Positions 26,675 through 41,522 of a stretch of 64,000 bases of DNA are shown piece by piece (position 1 is the stretch's first letter; the number at the start of each line of letters is the position of its first letter). Position numbers and translations under genes: made by a program. The stretch covers positions 4,836,001 to 4,900,000 of the forward strand of contig NC_089431.1 in assembly GCF_026210795.1 (NCBI RefSeq). The letters run 5' to 3'. This stretch comes from Rhizophagus irregularis. Lineage: Eukaryota. The notes under the pieces were generated by a model. It was not told the DNA's origin. It worked only from the letters and a program-made list of their open reading frames with translations, and ran no database searches.

Positions 26675-28047
26675 AGAGATTATACACAATCTTAAAAATT
26701 GTATAATAAACAACTTATAAATTACAATTAATTAATTATAAAATTATGATATATTTTCTTTTATTGCTATCTTATGAATTTGAAATAGTGTAGTTGTTTC
26801 ACAATATAAGCCGTTAAAATATATGAATCACTATTACTCAAGACGAATATAATAATTGACTGATCATTTGATTATTATTATTTTTTTGTTTTTTATAACA
26901 TTCTCTTTATTTTTGGATTCTTTAATATTATATCAATATGGTCTTTCTGGTTGCCTCCTGGAACTTCTGGACAGTATGAGTATATAAAATGTATAAGCTT
27001 GGTTTCTAGTTTGGACAATTCAACTGAGTATTTTAATTCAAAGAGTAATGGACTCGAATCAAAGCAATAATGCGGGCCAATTAACTTTAGCATACTCCGC
27101 ACTATGGTCTTTCTCTAGACTGACATTATGACAGAATTATGAACACGTGCACTCGAGTTACATTGTGCTCTAAGTAAACTGAAGAATATAAACAGACTTA
27201 AAATTTATCTTTATTATCATTTGTTAGAAATTCTTCTTTGATTAAGCCTATATATACCCTATGAAAAAAATATATATATACTTAAATGTGCTTATCGTTA
27301 AATGGACTTAAAATATACTCAAGATTTTAAAATATGCTTAAATTAGAAAATGTTAAAAAATCACCGCGCGGCGATCTTCACGGCACCAGCATTAGCAAAT
27401 ATTAGCGGGCGGAGTTTCATGTCATTTTTAATTCTGCCCAAAATTCTACCTAATTCTGGTAAGAAGAAAATAACCAACAGTGATACTCCTTTAAATTATA
27501 CTTAAAATTGCAATTTTAAATATAATTCAAATACATTTTTAAGGTGTAAAAAATTTAAAAAATTTACACTTAAAATACTTAAAATATACGTAAAGTTGCA
27601 ATTTAAGTTAAGTGATAGTTCTGCATTCAACAGGAGAAAATGATCGGTAAATCTATAATTAAGTTTACGGGCTTCGTTATTAATAAAAAAATTTTTTTTG
27701 GAATTTCATGTTCTTTATTATACAAACTTTTTTAATGAACAAAAAAACAGTATACAGTACTAACTCTTTTGGCTAAGGAAATTGTTTTAAAAACTCGTAC
27801 TATGGGATATATACATAAAACTGGTGGGAACCATACAAATATAAAGATAAAAAAAAAAGCTAAACTAAAACTAAATAAAGGTTTAAAAACTAAATTAGAA
27901 CCAAAATTAACTTATTTTTGGTCAAATGGTTCAAAAATAAATCATTTGAAACTAGAAATTTACGGTCGGAATCTTACGTTCCTCGAAGACTTTGAAACTT
28001 TAGCGACTTCAAACTCTGCATTCTTAGTCATGATTGACACTCATTAC

Positions 28048-28682
28048 GAGCAGTAATCCCGCACCCGTGATAAAAATAGTTTACTATTTTTACCACGTGT
28101 TTATTAGCCTCAAAATTAAGATGTACCGGGATTTATGAAAATGTTTTTTTTCAAGTTCGAACTTGTGTTTTTTTTCGTTCGAACTTAACTTTTTTCGCGT
28201 TTTTTACTCAATTGCAAGCAGAAGAAGCTTATGTATATAAAAATTTATGTTCTAAGTGTTTATTAACATACTTCTTTTTAATGTTTACTAATTATTTATA
28301 GTTTTTTAATACGCAATTTTATAAAATAAAATATATAAATATTTATTTATTTGCAATATTAAAGTTTTAAAAATATTATTTTTTATTTATTATTTAAAAA
28401 AAATGCCAAAGACACTTTATTTTGTGTTTCAATTTATATTATAATATTATGTCAAAAAAAAATATTAAATACATAGTAAAATTAATTAACTAAAGTACTG
28501 TATTTAAAAAGAAAAAATTTTAAAACATAATAATTTAAATATTTAATAAATATAAAATAAATTTTTGTTACAGTAAGAATTTTTTATTTTTATTTTTTAC
28601 AAAGTTAATGCATAACCTTTTGTCCCAAATTAATTTAGAGACGATGCTAAAAATTTTTATCACGGGTGCGAGATTACTGCTC
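28048..28682. mobile_element. Non-autonomous TIR element, Mutator-like
   Basis: The TIR gagcagtaatcccgcacccgtgataaaaat pairs with atttttatcacgggtgcgagattactgctc. The flanks cactcattac and cactattac form a near-perfect 9-10 bp target duplication. Confidence 0.8.
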
Positions 28683-29232
28683 CACTATTACGTATAATAT
28701 CACATGATGAGATGATCCAGTAAAAAAGGTATTAACTAATTTTTAAGCGATTCGTCCCTTAATTTTTAAAAATTTTAAGCGTATTTTAAGTATATTTTAA
28801 AATATAAGTATCATGTATTTTTAGCATAATTTAAAGAATTTCTTTTATAACGATAATTTTTTTTTAAAAAAAAAAAAACTTTAACAATTTTTGCAAAAAC
28901 AAATTGTCACAATTTAAGGATAATGTTTTAAGAAATTTCCCAAATAAATACCCTATTATAAATATTCCTTTTTTATTTAAAATTAACTTAGACGGTTACT
29001 TCAACCTGATACACAAAAAATTATCCGTGCGCCATCACGTTTATTAATTGTTTGATACCCCTGCGTCGATTATTAATTTGTGTAATATATCACCATATAT
29101 AATAATTTTTCTTTATCCCGTTTCTTTGTAACGGAATACCACCAGTATAATTTATACATTTTTATATCTAAAAAAATTTTGTTCTTACTGTTTTCACTAT
29201 TTCTTTTCTTTTCTTTTTTTTTCTTTCAAAAA

Positions 29233-30722
29233 ATGTTTTCGAAATTTTTGGCCGAGTTATCCGATGATTATAAGAAACTTTTTGAAACTGAAATAGGATA
29301 TGATGTTATTATATATGCAGGAGAAGAACCAAATGTTAAAGAAATTCATGCTCATTCAAATATTTTAATCGTTAGATCACAATATTTTCGTGCCGCATTG
29401 TCCAATGAATGGGCAAAAAAAGTAAATGGGAAATTTATTTTAAAAAAACAAAATATTAAACCACATTTGTTTGATATCATTCTTAGGTAATACTATATTT
29501 TTATGGTAATTTTTAATTTTTTTTTATATTTTTAAATAAATTATTAATCATTAATTTGTATTAAAATTATGTTTATAGATTCATTTATTATGGAGATATT
29601 GAATTGAAAAATTTACAAGGTCCTAATGTATTGAACTTATTGATCGCAGTGGATGAACTTAATATTCATTCATTGATTACTTATATTCAGGAATATTTGG
29701 TTGAACATCAAATTGAATTCTTACGTCAAAATCCAACCAGTATTCTTGAAATTATTTATAAACATGAAACTTTTACAGATTTATGGAATTTTTCTCTTGA
29801 AAGAATTTGTGAAGAACCTAAAATATTATTTGATTCTGATAATTTTATTAATTTAAAAGCTTCTTTATTAGAAATATTATTGAAACGGGATGATTTGAAT
29901 ATGGATGAAATTGAAATTTGGGACAACTTATTGAAATGGTGTTTGGCACAGCATAATATGATCAGTGATCCAACAAAATGGAACAAAGATGATATTTCAA
30001 AGATTGAAAGGACATTGCACAAATTTATTCCATCAATTCGATTTTATGATATTGAACCAACAGAATTCTTTTACAAAGTCTATCGTTATAAAGAAATTTT
30101 ACCACGAGACTTAATTCACGATCTTTTGGAGTTTCATATTGTTCCTAATAAGAAACCTAAAACTAATATACCACCTTCAAGAAAACAAAATTTAAAATTA
30201 AATCTTATTATACCAAATCATAATCATCTTTTTGCTTCATGGATTGATAAAAAAGATTCTTCATATTATAATAAAAAGAATGTTCCATATGATTTTAAAT
30301 TATTATATCGTTCAAGTAGGGATGGATTTGATGCTAGAATATTCCATAGAAATTGTGACAATAAAGGAGCTACTATTTGGATAGCAAAAATTGAAGACTC
30401 AACAAATGTAATTGGAGGTTATAATCCACTTGATTGGAATGGAGATGGTTGGAAATATACTAGAAATAGTTTTTTATTCAGTTTTGCAGATTGGAAAAAT
30501 ATTTCTAATACCACAACAAAATTATCTTATATCAATAATAATAAAAGCAAAAATTATGCTATTTATTGTGATAATAATCATGGACCACATATGGGTGATT
30601 TGTATTGCTCTAATTCCAATAATTGGACTTATGATGGTTATTTAGATTACTATCCTAATTTAGATATTCCAAAAAACATTATAATAGAGGATTATGAAGT
30701 ATATCAAGTAATTAAAAAATAA
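29233..30722 (+). CDS. BTB-BACK-TLDc protein. Exons 29233-29486 and 29579-30722.
   Basis: YDVIIYAGEEPNVKEIHAHSNIL, EIEIWDNLLKW, LLYRSSRDGF, IGGYNP. The frame is intact across a GT-AG intron. Confidence 0.92.
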
Positions 30723-31221
30723 ATGAAAATGGAAAAGGAAATTTTAATAATCTATGAATTATATAGCAGCTTTTATAATTTAGGCAATCGTTGTATTTAT
30801 TTTTTGTTAATATACTACGCTAGTCGTTATTTATAATAATGACTAATCAAATATTGTATTTTTCTACAATTAAGCCTAATCCAATAATTTTACTTTTTGG
30901 ACCTTTCTAATTAAATTTATCTGTGACGTCGAAGATTAAATATTATAAAGTACGTTTAAATCTTTAATTTTTTTTATTAACAGGTATAAATTTATTTGCA
31001 ACTTTAAAAACAAATGTTTTTATAAGTTTAAACTAATGCAAATAAAAAATATCTTTCAAAAAGTATAAATCTCTCAATTATATAAAATTTTATGCGTGTT
31101 AAATATTTCACTATATTTTCTGTCTAACGGGAATGTAGGCCGACGTTATGATAGTTCTGGCCAGCATTATGGATCACGTGCACTTGAGTCAACTTGAGTC
31201 AAAAAAATACACAAAGCATGA

Positions 31222-31735
31222 ATTTCTTTGACATTTGGTTCTTCTCCTGACTCCTGCATATATAATAACATCATATCCTATTCTAGTTTCAAAAGGTTCC
31301 TCATAATCATTAAATAACTCTGCCAAAAGTTTTGAAGCCATTTTTTTGGAAATAAAAAAATAAGTCTAAACCTAAACTGGTTTAATTTATTAAGCTCTAT
31401 AAAAAATTTTATCCATTATTTTCATAAAAACTTCGTAAACTTAGCCATTAACAGATACATTCACGGAAAATGAGATAATTCGATAAATTCCATGATATAG
31501 GGTTATTAATTCCACAAATATGAGCCTTTTGCGGAAAAAAATGGAATATAAAAAAAGGATCAACTTTTTTTTACAGGGAAGAGGAACCTTAACAAAGATA
31601 ATAATTTAAAGTCTCAATATTTTCGTGCTGCATTTTCTAACGTATGTCGTATGGGCTAAGAAAGAAGATAAAAGATTTATTTTTGAGAGAACAAAATATT
31701 ATTCCACATTTATTTGATATTGTTATTAGGTAATA
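31222..31735. pseudogene. Rearranged BTB exon-1 fragments: 5' part on minus (about 31341-31222), 3' part on plus (about 31612-31730)
   Basis: The minus strand reads MASKLLAELFNDYE...YDVIIYAGV. The plus strand reads tctcaatattttcgtgctgcattttctaac...ccacatttatttgatattgttattag|gtaata, matching the 40029 paralog. Confidence 0.7.
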
Positions 31736-31779
31736 CATGCAATTGACTTATACTTTGATAAAGTTCAATATATTTAACA

Positions 31780-32440
31780 TTCGTGCCTGGAATAGGTTTT
31801 TCTCTTTCTCCCTTAAGGATTTCTAACATAACAACATTATCATGTCTTGTTTCAAAATTGAAAGGGGATGAACGGCTTACTTGTTAATTCCCAGAATATT
31901 ATTCCCAAACTGTATATATCAGACTTCTCGTTTATCTTATGGGAAGTAAACGTTTTAGGATTTAGGATCCATATAAGGAATTACACCATAAACTCCAGTA
32001 TTATCGCCATGCTTTCCTTTTTTAAGTGAACGGCCGAAATCTGCTAATTTTATTGTATCATTGTGTATTAATATATTGTTGGGGTGCTAAAAAGATACAT
32101 TAATTAGTGGACTAGTTCCGCTATATAATTTTAAAACAAATAAGAATGCGCTTACAAGATCCCCGTGTATGATTTCCTTAACATTGTGTAACCATAAAAT
32201 CGTACTTGCAATCTCTTTAGCAAACATTAATTAGTCCTCCCATTTAAAAGTTATATTACTGTTCCTTAAATAATTTCTTTATGTCCACCTTCTGCATATT
32301 CAAGAACAAGCAAATATTTTTCTTTACCTTGTCAATGAAATAATAAGTTTATTTACATAATTGTTATTTTTATCGTCTAATTTTGTAACTCCGTATAATC
32401 GAATAATATTTTGATGACTATCAGCTATTCTCGTAACTAA
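31780..32440 (-). pseudogene. Degraded TKL kinase
   Basis: Fragments YLLVLEYAEGG, FAKEIASTILWL, IIHGDL|HPNNILIHNDTIKLADFGRS, with stops and indels. Confidence 0.75.
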
Positions 32441-33827
32441 AAAATTTGTTTTACGTTTGGATTATTAGTCATTGTGTAACTTGAAATCCCATGCCATATA
32501 ATTAAAACCCGGGACATGCCTCCCCCTAATCTATTTATGGTTAAAATCTATTCGATCCGTGTGAATTTCAACCTCAGAATTTTTTTTTGTCCGATTTTTT
32601 TTTCAAACTGAAAAACATTTTTTTCTCCCTTTCTTTCGGCTTAGTTTTTTTTTTCAAACCGAAAAATTTGTTTTTTTTTATTCTTTTCCCGTTTAGGTTT
32701 AAATATTTTCCCAAACTGAAAAATTATTTTTAAATAATCCCATTGTTTCGGTTTTTTAAGACAGATTTTTTTATATTATTTTTCTTCGATCTTTTTTTTT
32801 AGACCGTATTGTTATTTTTTAAAAAAAAAATTTTGTTTTTCACTCCTTTTGGACCGAATTATTGTCCTTTTTTTTCAGAATTTTTTTTTTCAGTACTTAT
32901 TTTTTTTTCGAATTCCTTTTTTTTTGGAAATTTCCCTTTTTTAAACCGGTTTCTTTCTTCATCTTTTTTCTTTCCCTCCAAATTTTTTTGATTTTTTTTT
33001 CTTTTTCTTTCAATTTTTTTTTTATCATTAAATAAAGAAATAAAATATTATGTTAAATATATTTACAAAATTATTTTTTTATAAAAAAAATCAATATAAC
33101 ACGTAGGAAATTGATCTACGTTGATAGCAATTAAATTGAACGCTGGATAAATAGTTTGATTTTCAAATTCATAAAAATCAAAAAAAATTAATATTTTTAC
33201 AATATTTTATAATTAATTAATTAAAGAAATTGTTGATTTAATAATAGACTATTATAACTGAATCCATATCCGGAATTCTCTAAATAATCACCAGATTTTT
33301 GAATAAAAGATTTTAATTCAAATGGTTTAGTTAAATTAATAATTTATTCAAGTAAAATGAGTATCAAAAGAATAATAATAAATGAAATGAACAAATTCTA
33401 ATACATTTAATTGTTCAAAACTTCAAATATTTTTCCCAAGTTGGTTATAAGTTTAAGATTGACGTAATATAAAATAATAAGAAATAATTATAAAATATTT
33501 TATAATTTAATTAATAAAAATATTTTGTAGTATTTTTTTTTTGACAACATGACACAATTAAATGAAAAAACTATGGCAAGCCGAGTTGGACTAAACTATC
33601 AGGCATTGGGCGGGTGAAAATCAAGCATGGATTGACAAAATGTTACACCGTATCTGATATTTGACCTGTTATTAAATCAATTTTGCCGGACTGAGAGATA
33701 TCTACAAAATCCGCAGATTCCGCAGTAAAATGCACATGACTGTACCGCGAGTAAGGATATACTCATTTACAAATACAAACAATTGTTTTCTACGACGAAT
33801 ATTCAGCTCCGAAATTCAATAATTAAT

Positions 33828-36244
33828 TTAACTAGTTTTAATACGTTTTCCTACTTTAAAAATTTTAGATTTGGTTAAAATAAAATATACATACAAAAAA
33901 TCAAAATATACACAGACAAAGATTGATATTTACCATCGATTTCAAGATTTAATTCTTCAATGTTTCGCTTTTTAAAAGAGGTTGAAATATTTTGAATTTT
34001 TAAACTTAAATTTTGTGATGATGAACTAAATAATAAATTAGTGTCAATTAATTAATTAGTAAACATCGTACTACCATTTACAATGAAAATACCTTTCAAT
34101 GTCTATATCAAACTCTTGTTCTTCCGAAACATAAATATAATTAGAATCTAAGGAAGATAACGTGTGTTTTAACTTTTAAGATTAAGTAGTATTTTTATTT
34201 ACAATAGATTTTTCTTTATTAATACCTTTTTTATTACCAATTGAAATTGATGATGAATTTGTGGATAAACATTTAGAAATTAAAGCGCTTAATGGCCTAC
34301 TTATATAATTGGCTTCTGAATGTCGTTTTTCAGCAAATTCTGGTCCAAGCTTCTTTGATTGTATAAGTTCCATTCTTTTTGTTTCAGCTTGAATAAATTC
34401 TGCTTTATTTTTACCTTTAAAAGTCCATCTACCAAAAGTTAAACGAATATCTTTTATAGAAGGTCTTTTTGTTGGATCAGGATCCCAACAACTTTTCATT
34501 AAATTAGCATAACATTCTGGTGTATCTTCTGTAATTTTGGGTCGTTCACCATCAAGAATGTTATAAATAAGATTATGATCATGTTTAACATTATCAAAAG
34601 GTTTACAACCTGTTGTAAGTTCCCACATAACCATACCCAAACTATAGACATCAGCTTTTTTAGAAAATGAAGACCCCTTAAATATTTCCGGTGCAATGTA
34701 AGGTATAATTCCATATATCTCATTATTTGATGATTCATTATTTATTTCTTGTGATAATCCTAGATCCCCAATTTTCCATTGATAATTTTTACCTGCACTG
34801 GTATTTAAATCAAATAACATATTTCCGCTATGAAAATCTCGATGTATGAATTTATTTTTATGAACATGTTCAAGTCTAAATAAAAAAAGTTAATACAGTA
34901 ACTTAAATTAAGAATATAATGAATACATTTTAAAATATACATACCCCTCTGAAATTTGCCACAATATACGTAGTTTTTGATAATTCCATGTAATATTTGT
35001 AAATTCCTTTTGTAAATATTTATGTAAATCTCCTTCTGTTGCATATTTCATAATTAATACATAATCCCCTAATTCAGGATCTTTTGTAAAGCCATAAATT
35101 TTAATTATATGATTTTGAAAATTTCTACTATAACAATGGTGACTTGATTTTAACTATTAAATTTAAAAAGTTTAATTAAAAGATCAAATATTAGTAAATT
35201 AAGTTAATAAAAATTATTCAAGAAAATATGTAAAAGTAGTAAATTCACCTCATTTAAGAAATATTTAATATTATTTTTAGAATTTTCAAATCTTTTTAAA
35301 ATGACTGTTTCATTATTACTTAACCAAGTTGCTTTATATATAATACCATATCCTCCTCTTGTCATTTCTTTTACATCTTTAAATTGAGAATATGGTATCC
35401 ACTTAATTGGTATTATAATATTTTTTTTAAGCATAGCATCTAATATGTCCGTAGGCATAAAATATTTATCAAGATTATTTACAGTATTTTCAAACTTAGC
35501 TAAGTTATCACATAAAATAATGATAAATGATATTCTTTTACATTTTTTACATTGAGTTTGACCTGTAGGACCAAAAATAATATTTGTTGTTAAACAATAT
35601 CTGCATCCAACATAAAATATATAACAATTTGAACAATACTTTTGACAGTCTGATGTAAATATTAATGTTGAATAACAGACATCACATTTATAAACAGTAT
35701 GCCACCATGGTATGTAAAAAATTGAAATTTTTTTTTTAATCAAAGATGATTCCATACGTTCAGTAAACATTAAATAACAATTTGAACAAAATATAAATTC
35801 TTTTGTAACATATGTTTCTCGATGTAATAATGATTTCCCACATAATTTACAATATTTTTCACTTTTATACACTTTATCATATTTACCACCAGGAGTTGAA
35901 TGATTTTCTAATATTTGTTTAAATGATAAAATTTTCAAGTCTCCACAGAATTCTTGAATACTTTGTGGTACTTTTGTCTTATTTATTTCATGATCACTAC
36001 ATTCTAAGTCTACTAATACGTCTAAATACAAATTATAATCAGTTGTATCGTTAATATAACTTGATAAACATTTTTTACAATATTTTTGTTCATAACTTAG
36101 AAGTGATTGAATATATTTTTCTCCACAACTGATACAATTTTCATCACCCTTATTAAAAGAAATAAATTTAATCGGTATAGGACTAGATTTTAATCTTGGT
36201 GTTGGGTCAAAAGAATTTTCGTCAATTGTATTTACAGGCTCCAT
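33828..36244 (-). CDS. TKL-type protein kinase with a Cys-rich (CxxC) N-terminal region, 6 predicted exons
   Basis: RGGYGIIY, VILK, FIHRDFHSGN, KIGDLGL, YIAPE. Exons 36244-35249, 35153-34945, 34875-34226, 34147-34093, 34025-33934, 33850-33828. Confidence 0.88.
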
Positions 36245-38099
36245 TTTGTTATATTAATTAATAATAACGATAATGAATTTGGAATTTTTTATATACATAT
36301 CAGCATGATACATTATTAAATAACTTTCCATTTGGAATTTTAGAAAGCCCGTTTTAAATTTAGAAGTACTCTATCGATCGAAGAGCAAATATGCATAATG
36401 ATATGTAATTGATGCATCGGCTTTATTATTTTACTTGTTTAGTTGAGAAGCAGTTGATCAACTAGCAGAATTATCTTTTAATTATTGGCGAAAAATAATT
36501 TTGTACGACCAACCTTCTGTTAGTGATACGGAAATATTCCTTGATCGTCTCATGGGATTTTAGAATTATTACGGAAAGTCCGTTTTAAATTTATATGTAA
36601 TAATATAATCGATGCATTGGCTTTATTATTTTAGTTGAGACGCATGTGATAAACTAGCAAAAATATTTCTTTATTATTGGAGTAATTATTAAACATTTCA
36701 TCATAAAGGATAATGATGAAACGAAATGAACACAAATTAAGAAAGGGAACAAATAAAAAATGAAAAAAATTAATATTTGAAAAATGATGATTTTAAATAA
36801 TAATGAATAAAGAAAAAAAAAATCTGTCTAAATATAAACGAGTAAACATTTAAAAAAACGGGAAATTCTGACTAATAATTAATAATATACTTATATAATC
36901 GCAAAACAAAGTACATTATTTTGTGGTTATCAATTTTTATTAAATATATTTATTATTTTATTAATTAAATTGCCAGTTGTTAATCAGATAAAACCTTATT
37001 TGGTTAATTACCATTAAGGCAAGTGGTAATGCTCATGTGTAATAAATGTCTAAAAAATCTTAATTTTGGTTTTTTTTTTTGTAATAAGACATAAATGTGC
37101 TTTTTTAGACGTTTCTTACACACGAACACAAATATAAAACATTTTTTTATTGGGAACCGTTTAATGTATTAAAAGGAAAGGTGAATTTTTAAATGTATTA
37201 AGTAAGCATGACTAAATGATGATCAACATCCAAAAAAGGAATCCCGATGAGAACAAATTTTGTTGTTTTAACGTTAGTCTACTTAACAGTTAAGAAGTGA
37301 TTAGCCGATCAATCAATGGACCAATAGTTTCGCTGGTACACGTTACACCAACAATCATAAAACATGATCGTTAAATTTATATTGTATCATTTTTTTTTTG
37401 ATAAGATAATCATAATCATAAAAACTAGATAATATAAATAAAATATTAAATATTGATAGATAATTTAACTAAATTTGAAATTATTGATAATTTATTAATT
37501 TAACAATATTATTTTTTTTTTTACATTATTGAACAAAAATTTTAATTGTTTTATCATGATTTAATTGGCATAATAAAGATTGATATTTCTATCATGATTA
37601 TCATAATAAAAAATGGATTTAGATAATTTTATTTCAAACAAATATTATATCTACAAACACCTTACTTATCATATGCCTCCACCGCTTAGACGGTCATATA
37701 TCCGCCGACACCAGTGCAAAATTATTAGACACCTTTATACAAACAACTACGGACCTTTAACAAAATGCATCATTCTATACCTGACAGTATTTACATATAG
37801 TATTATTATGATAAAAGAAAAATACGGAAGACTAAATTCCCTTTTACTAACCTTTTGTTCGCTTGTCTGGTTCATTGTTTATTTCTTTTTCCTTTTTCTT
37901 ACCCCGGTGAGTCCGGCGGTACTTGTCAAGCAACCCCATCCATTTTTCCTTTATTTTTTCACCAAGGTGACATCGTCCTGTAGTGATTTGGTTATCAGTT
38001 ATTAGAGTTACTTTCAATTCTAGTATATAATTTCTTTGTAATTTTTACTGTAATTTTGTTCACTTTGAGAAATAAAAATAAAATAAAAGTAAAAATTAT

Positions 38100-38860
38100 A
38101 TGACCAATGTGGCAACTGAACTTGTTTATTGAAATCTGTTGAATAACTATTTGTCCAAGGATGTCGTTATTCCTAAATGTTGGGATACATCAAAACCCTA
38201 GGGTAATGGTCATTAATAGTTACTATTAATATATGTGTGCAAGCTCGACAATCTTTGATTCTATCACGTATACAAGTAAATTTTAAGGATGGAATCTTTG
38301 AGAGGAGAGTGTTTATAGTAAAACATAGGTTTTTGCGGGTTACAGAGTGAAAATATTTATTTTTATTTGGAAATAAATGTTCGTAAAAAATTAATGTCCA
38401 TGATGAAATAAAAAGTAGTATACAATTAATCTAAGAATCTAGACATATTCACATTTAAATTATCCTTTTCACGATTTGACAAGTCAACTCCACTAAAAAT
38501 GTCTAATATGATCGTTTATCGTTTCATAATTGAAAGGGGAGGAGTGACTTAATTCCTCGGAATACATCATATACTCCATTATTACCTCTTTCCTTCTTTA
38601 AATAACGGCATCCTTGTGCAAAATATTATTGGCATGCTAAAATAAGAATGCGTTAATTACGCATTATAGTAAATAAAAAAAAACATTTTACTTATGAGAT
38701 TCCCTTTTCATGTAACTATAAAATCACACTTGCAAATTCTTTAGCGAATTTTAATTGTTTTTCGCGAATAAAAGTTAATAGTATCGTCCTTTAGATATTT
38801 GCCTAATGTTCCACTGTCCACATATTCAAGAACAAACGAATACTTTTCAAAATTAAACAT
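38100..38860 (-). pseudogene. Degraded TKL kinase relic
   Basis: YSFVLEYVDSGTLGKYL, QLKFAKEFASVI and HANNIL fragments, with many disablements. Confidence 0.65.
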
Positions 38861-40028
38861 ATCAAAATACTTATAAATTTATTTCAAAATTGTTATTTTA
38901 CCTTCTGAGAATATATTTGTATGAAATAAACTTAGAAAGAAAATGTTATGGGCGGGTTTGGTTCATCGCAATTATTAATTATAGATGGTTTTAGCCCATC
39001 AGGTATTTGGAAATTGCCCGATAGCCCTTCATGTGACCAGTAATGTGTATTTGCATCAGCATCATTCAACAATTTTTTCTTCCTTTTATCATATTTATAA
39101 TAAAAAAAACTACTCATCTCAAGAAAATATTCTACAAATTTTAGGCTATTGATATGTTAGTTAATCTATCTTTGCGATGCAAAGCATTTTCGATATGTGA
39201 GGAATATATTAAAGCAACATGGAATTGTGAAATTATTTTGCACTGTAACAGCCATTAAAATACGAATTTTATTATACTGTAATTGAATATAAGATTCACT
39301 TTAAGATAAATATCTTCGAATAATGCTAATAAATTGCTAATTATTATATTTGGTTTTAAAGTTCAGTAAAATGAGCAAAATATAACTAACTTATTGGTTA
39401 TCTGGCTCTTTTAGGCTGGTTCGGAGTCTGGTTAATTTTATAATATTCCATTCATGTAAATTCAGAATCTACTGAATTTAGGTCCGTTCCAAAATAGAAG
39501 TTCTAGAATCTAGATTTGAGCAAATCTTCATTTAATCACATGCTTCCAAACGACAGACGTTAGGTGCAGGAAAAATTATGTTGATTACATAATTACATTA
39601 AAGTATTTTTAAACTACATAAATCTTTTTTTTTTATGAGGTTTAACTTAAATAAACCTATAAGAATATAATATAATTCTTCAAAATTTACAAAATTTCCC
39701 AAAGAAATAACTTATAAATATTTTAAGAATTGAGGGTTACACCAAATGATGCAAACATAGAGATGATGATTTTCTGCGGTGATTAAGGATGGTGATAAAA
39801 ATTAATTCTGTAAATTCTCGTGATTTGGCCAGAATTATATAAGGCCAGCCAGCATTCTTATTCTCAAATTCCGGCCAAATTTAATGTTAAGCCGATGATT
39901 ACATTATCTCTGTAACACGGAGAAAATCATCCCAAAATAAGTGATTGTTTATATTTACACAACATATATATATAAAATTTGCAGTCTATATTATTCAATT
40001 TTTTTTTTCTTTGAAAATAAAAAAAGAA

Positions 40029-41522
40029 ATGTCTTCAAAATTTTTGGCAGAATAATCCAATGACTATGAGAAACTTTTTGAAACTGAAATAGGTTATGAT
40101 GTCATTATTTATGCAGGAGAAGAACAAAATGTCAAAGAAATTCATGCTCATTCAAATATTTTATGTGCTAGGTCTCAATATTTTCGTACTGAATTTTCTA
40201 ATGAATGGGCTAAAAAAGAAGATGAAAAATTTATTTTGAGAAAACAAAATATTAGTCCACATTTATTTGATATTATTCTTAGGTAATACATGAATGACCT
40301 TTATGATGTTATTTTTTTTTTCATTTTTTTAAAAAAAATCTAGATAAATTATTAATAAATTTGTTAAATTACATTTAGATTCCTTTATTGTGGAAATATT
40401 GAATTAAAGAATTTACAAGGACCAGATGTATTGAACTTGTTGATAGCGGTGGATGAACTTAATATTCATTCATTGATTACTTATATTCAAGAATATTTGA
40501 TAGAACATCAAACTGAATTTTTACATCAAAATCCAACTGGTATTCTTGAAACTGTTTATCAACATGAAACATTTATGGATTTATGGAATTTTTGTCTTGA
40601 AAAAATTTGTGAAGAACCCAAAATATTATTTAATTCTGATGATTTTATTAATTTAAAAGCTCCTTTATTTGAATTATTATTGAAACGGGATGATTTGAAT
40701 ATGGATGAAATTGAAATTTGGGATAATTTATTGAAATGGTGTTTCACACAACAGAATGTAATGAATGATCCATTAAAATGGAGTAAAGATGATATTATAA
40801 AAATTGAAAGGTCATTACACAGATTTATTCCATTAATTCGATTTTATGATATTGAACCAACAGAATTTTTTTACAAGGTCTATTGTTATAAAGACATCTT
40901 ACCACAAGACTTAATTCATGATCTTTTGGAGTTTCATATTGTTCCTAATAAGAAACATAAAACTAATATACCACCTTCACGAAAGCAAAATTTAAAACTT
41001 GATTCAAACTTAGTTGAACCAAATCTTATTTCACTTTTTGCTTCATGGATTAATAGAAAGGAATCTTCATATTACGATAAAAAAGATATTCCCTATGAAT
41101 TTAAGTTATTATATCGTTCAAGTAGAGATGGAATTGATAATAAATTATTTCATAGAAATTGTGATGATAAAGGAGCTACTATTTGGATAGCAAAAATTAA
41201 AGACTCAACAAAATTAATTGGAGGTTATAATCCACTTGATTGGAATGGAGATTGTTGGAAAAATACTGGTGATAGTTTTTTATTCAGTTTTGCAGATTGG
41301 AAAAATATTTCTAATGCTACAACAAAGTTATCTTACATCAATAGTGGAAAAAATCATGCTATTTATTGTAATAATAATTATGGGCCACAAATGGGTGATT
41401 TAAGTTGTGCTAATTCTAATAATTGGACTTATTATGGTAGTTTAAGCTACTATCCTAATTCAGGTATTCCAAATAATATTACAATAGAGAATTATGAAGT
41501 ATTTCAAGTAATTAAAAAATAA
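40029..41522 (+). pseudogene. BTB-BACK-TLDc gene with a premature stop at codon 9, close paralog of 29233-30722
   Basis: ATG TCT TCA AAA TTT TTG GCA GAA TAA, where the paralog has TTA. The rest of exon 1, the intron and exon 2 appear intact. Confidence 0.8.

Noticed and set aside
37613..38005. 130-aa ORF
   Set aside because: No recognisable domain or splice structure, so it cannot be supported as a gene.
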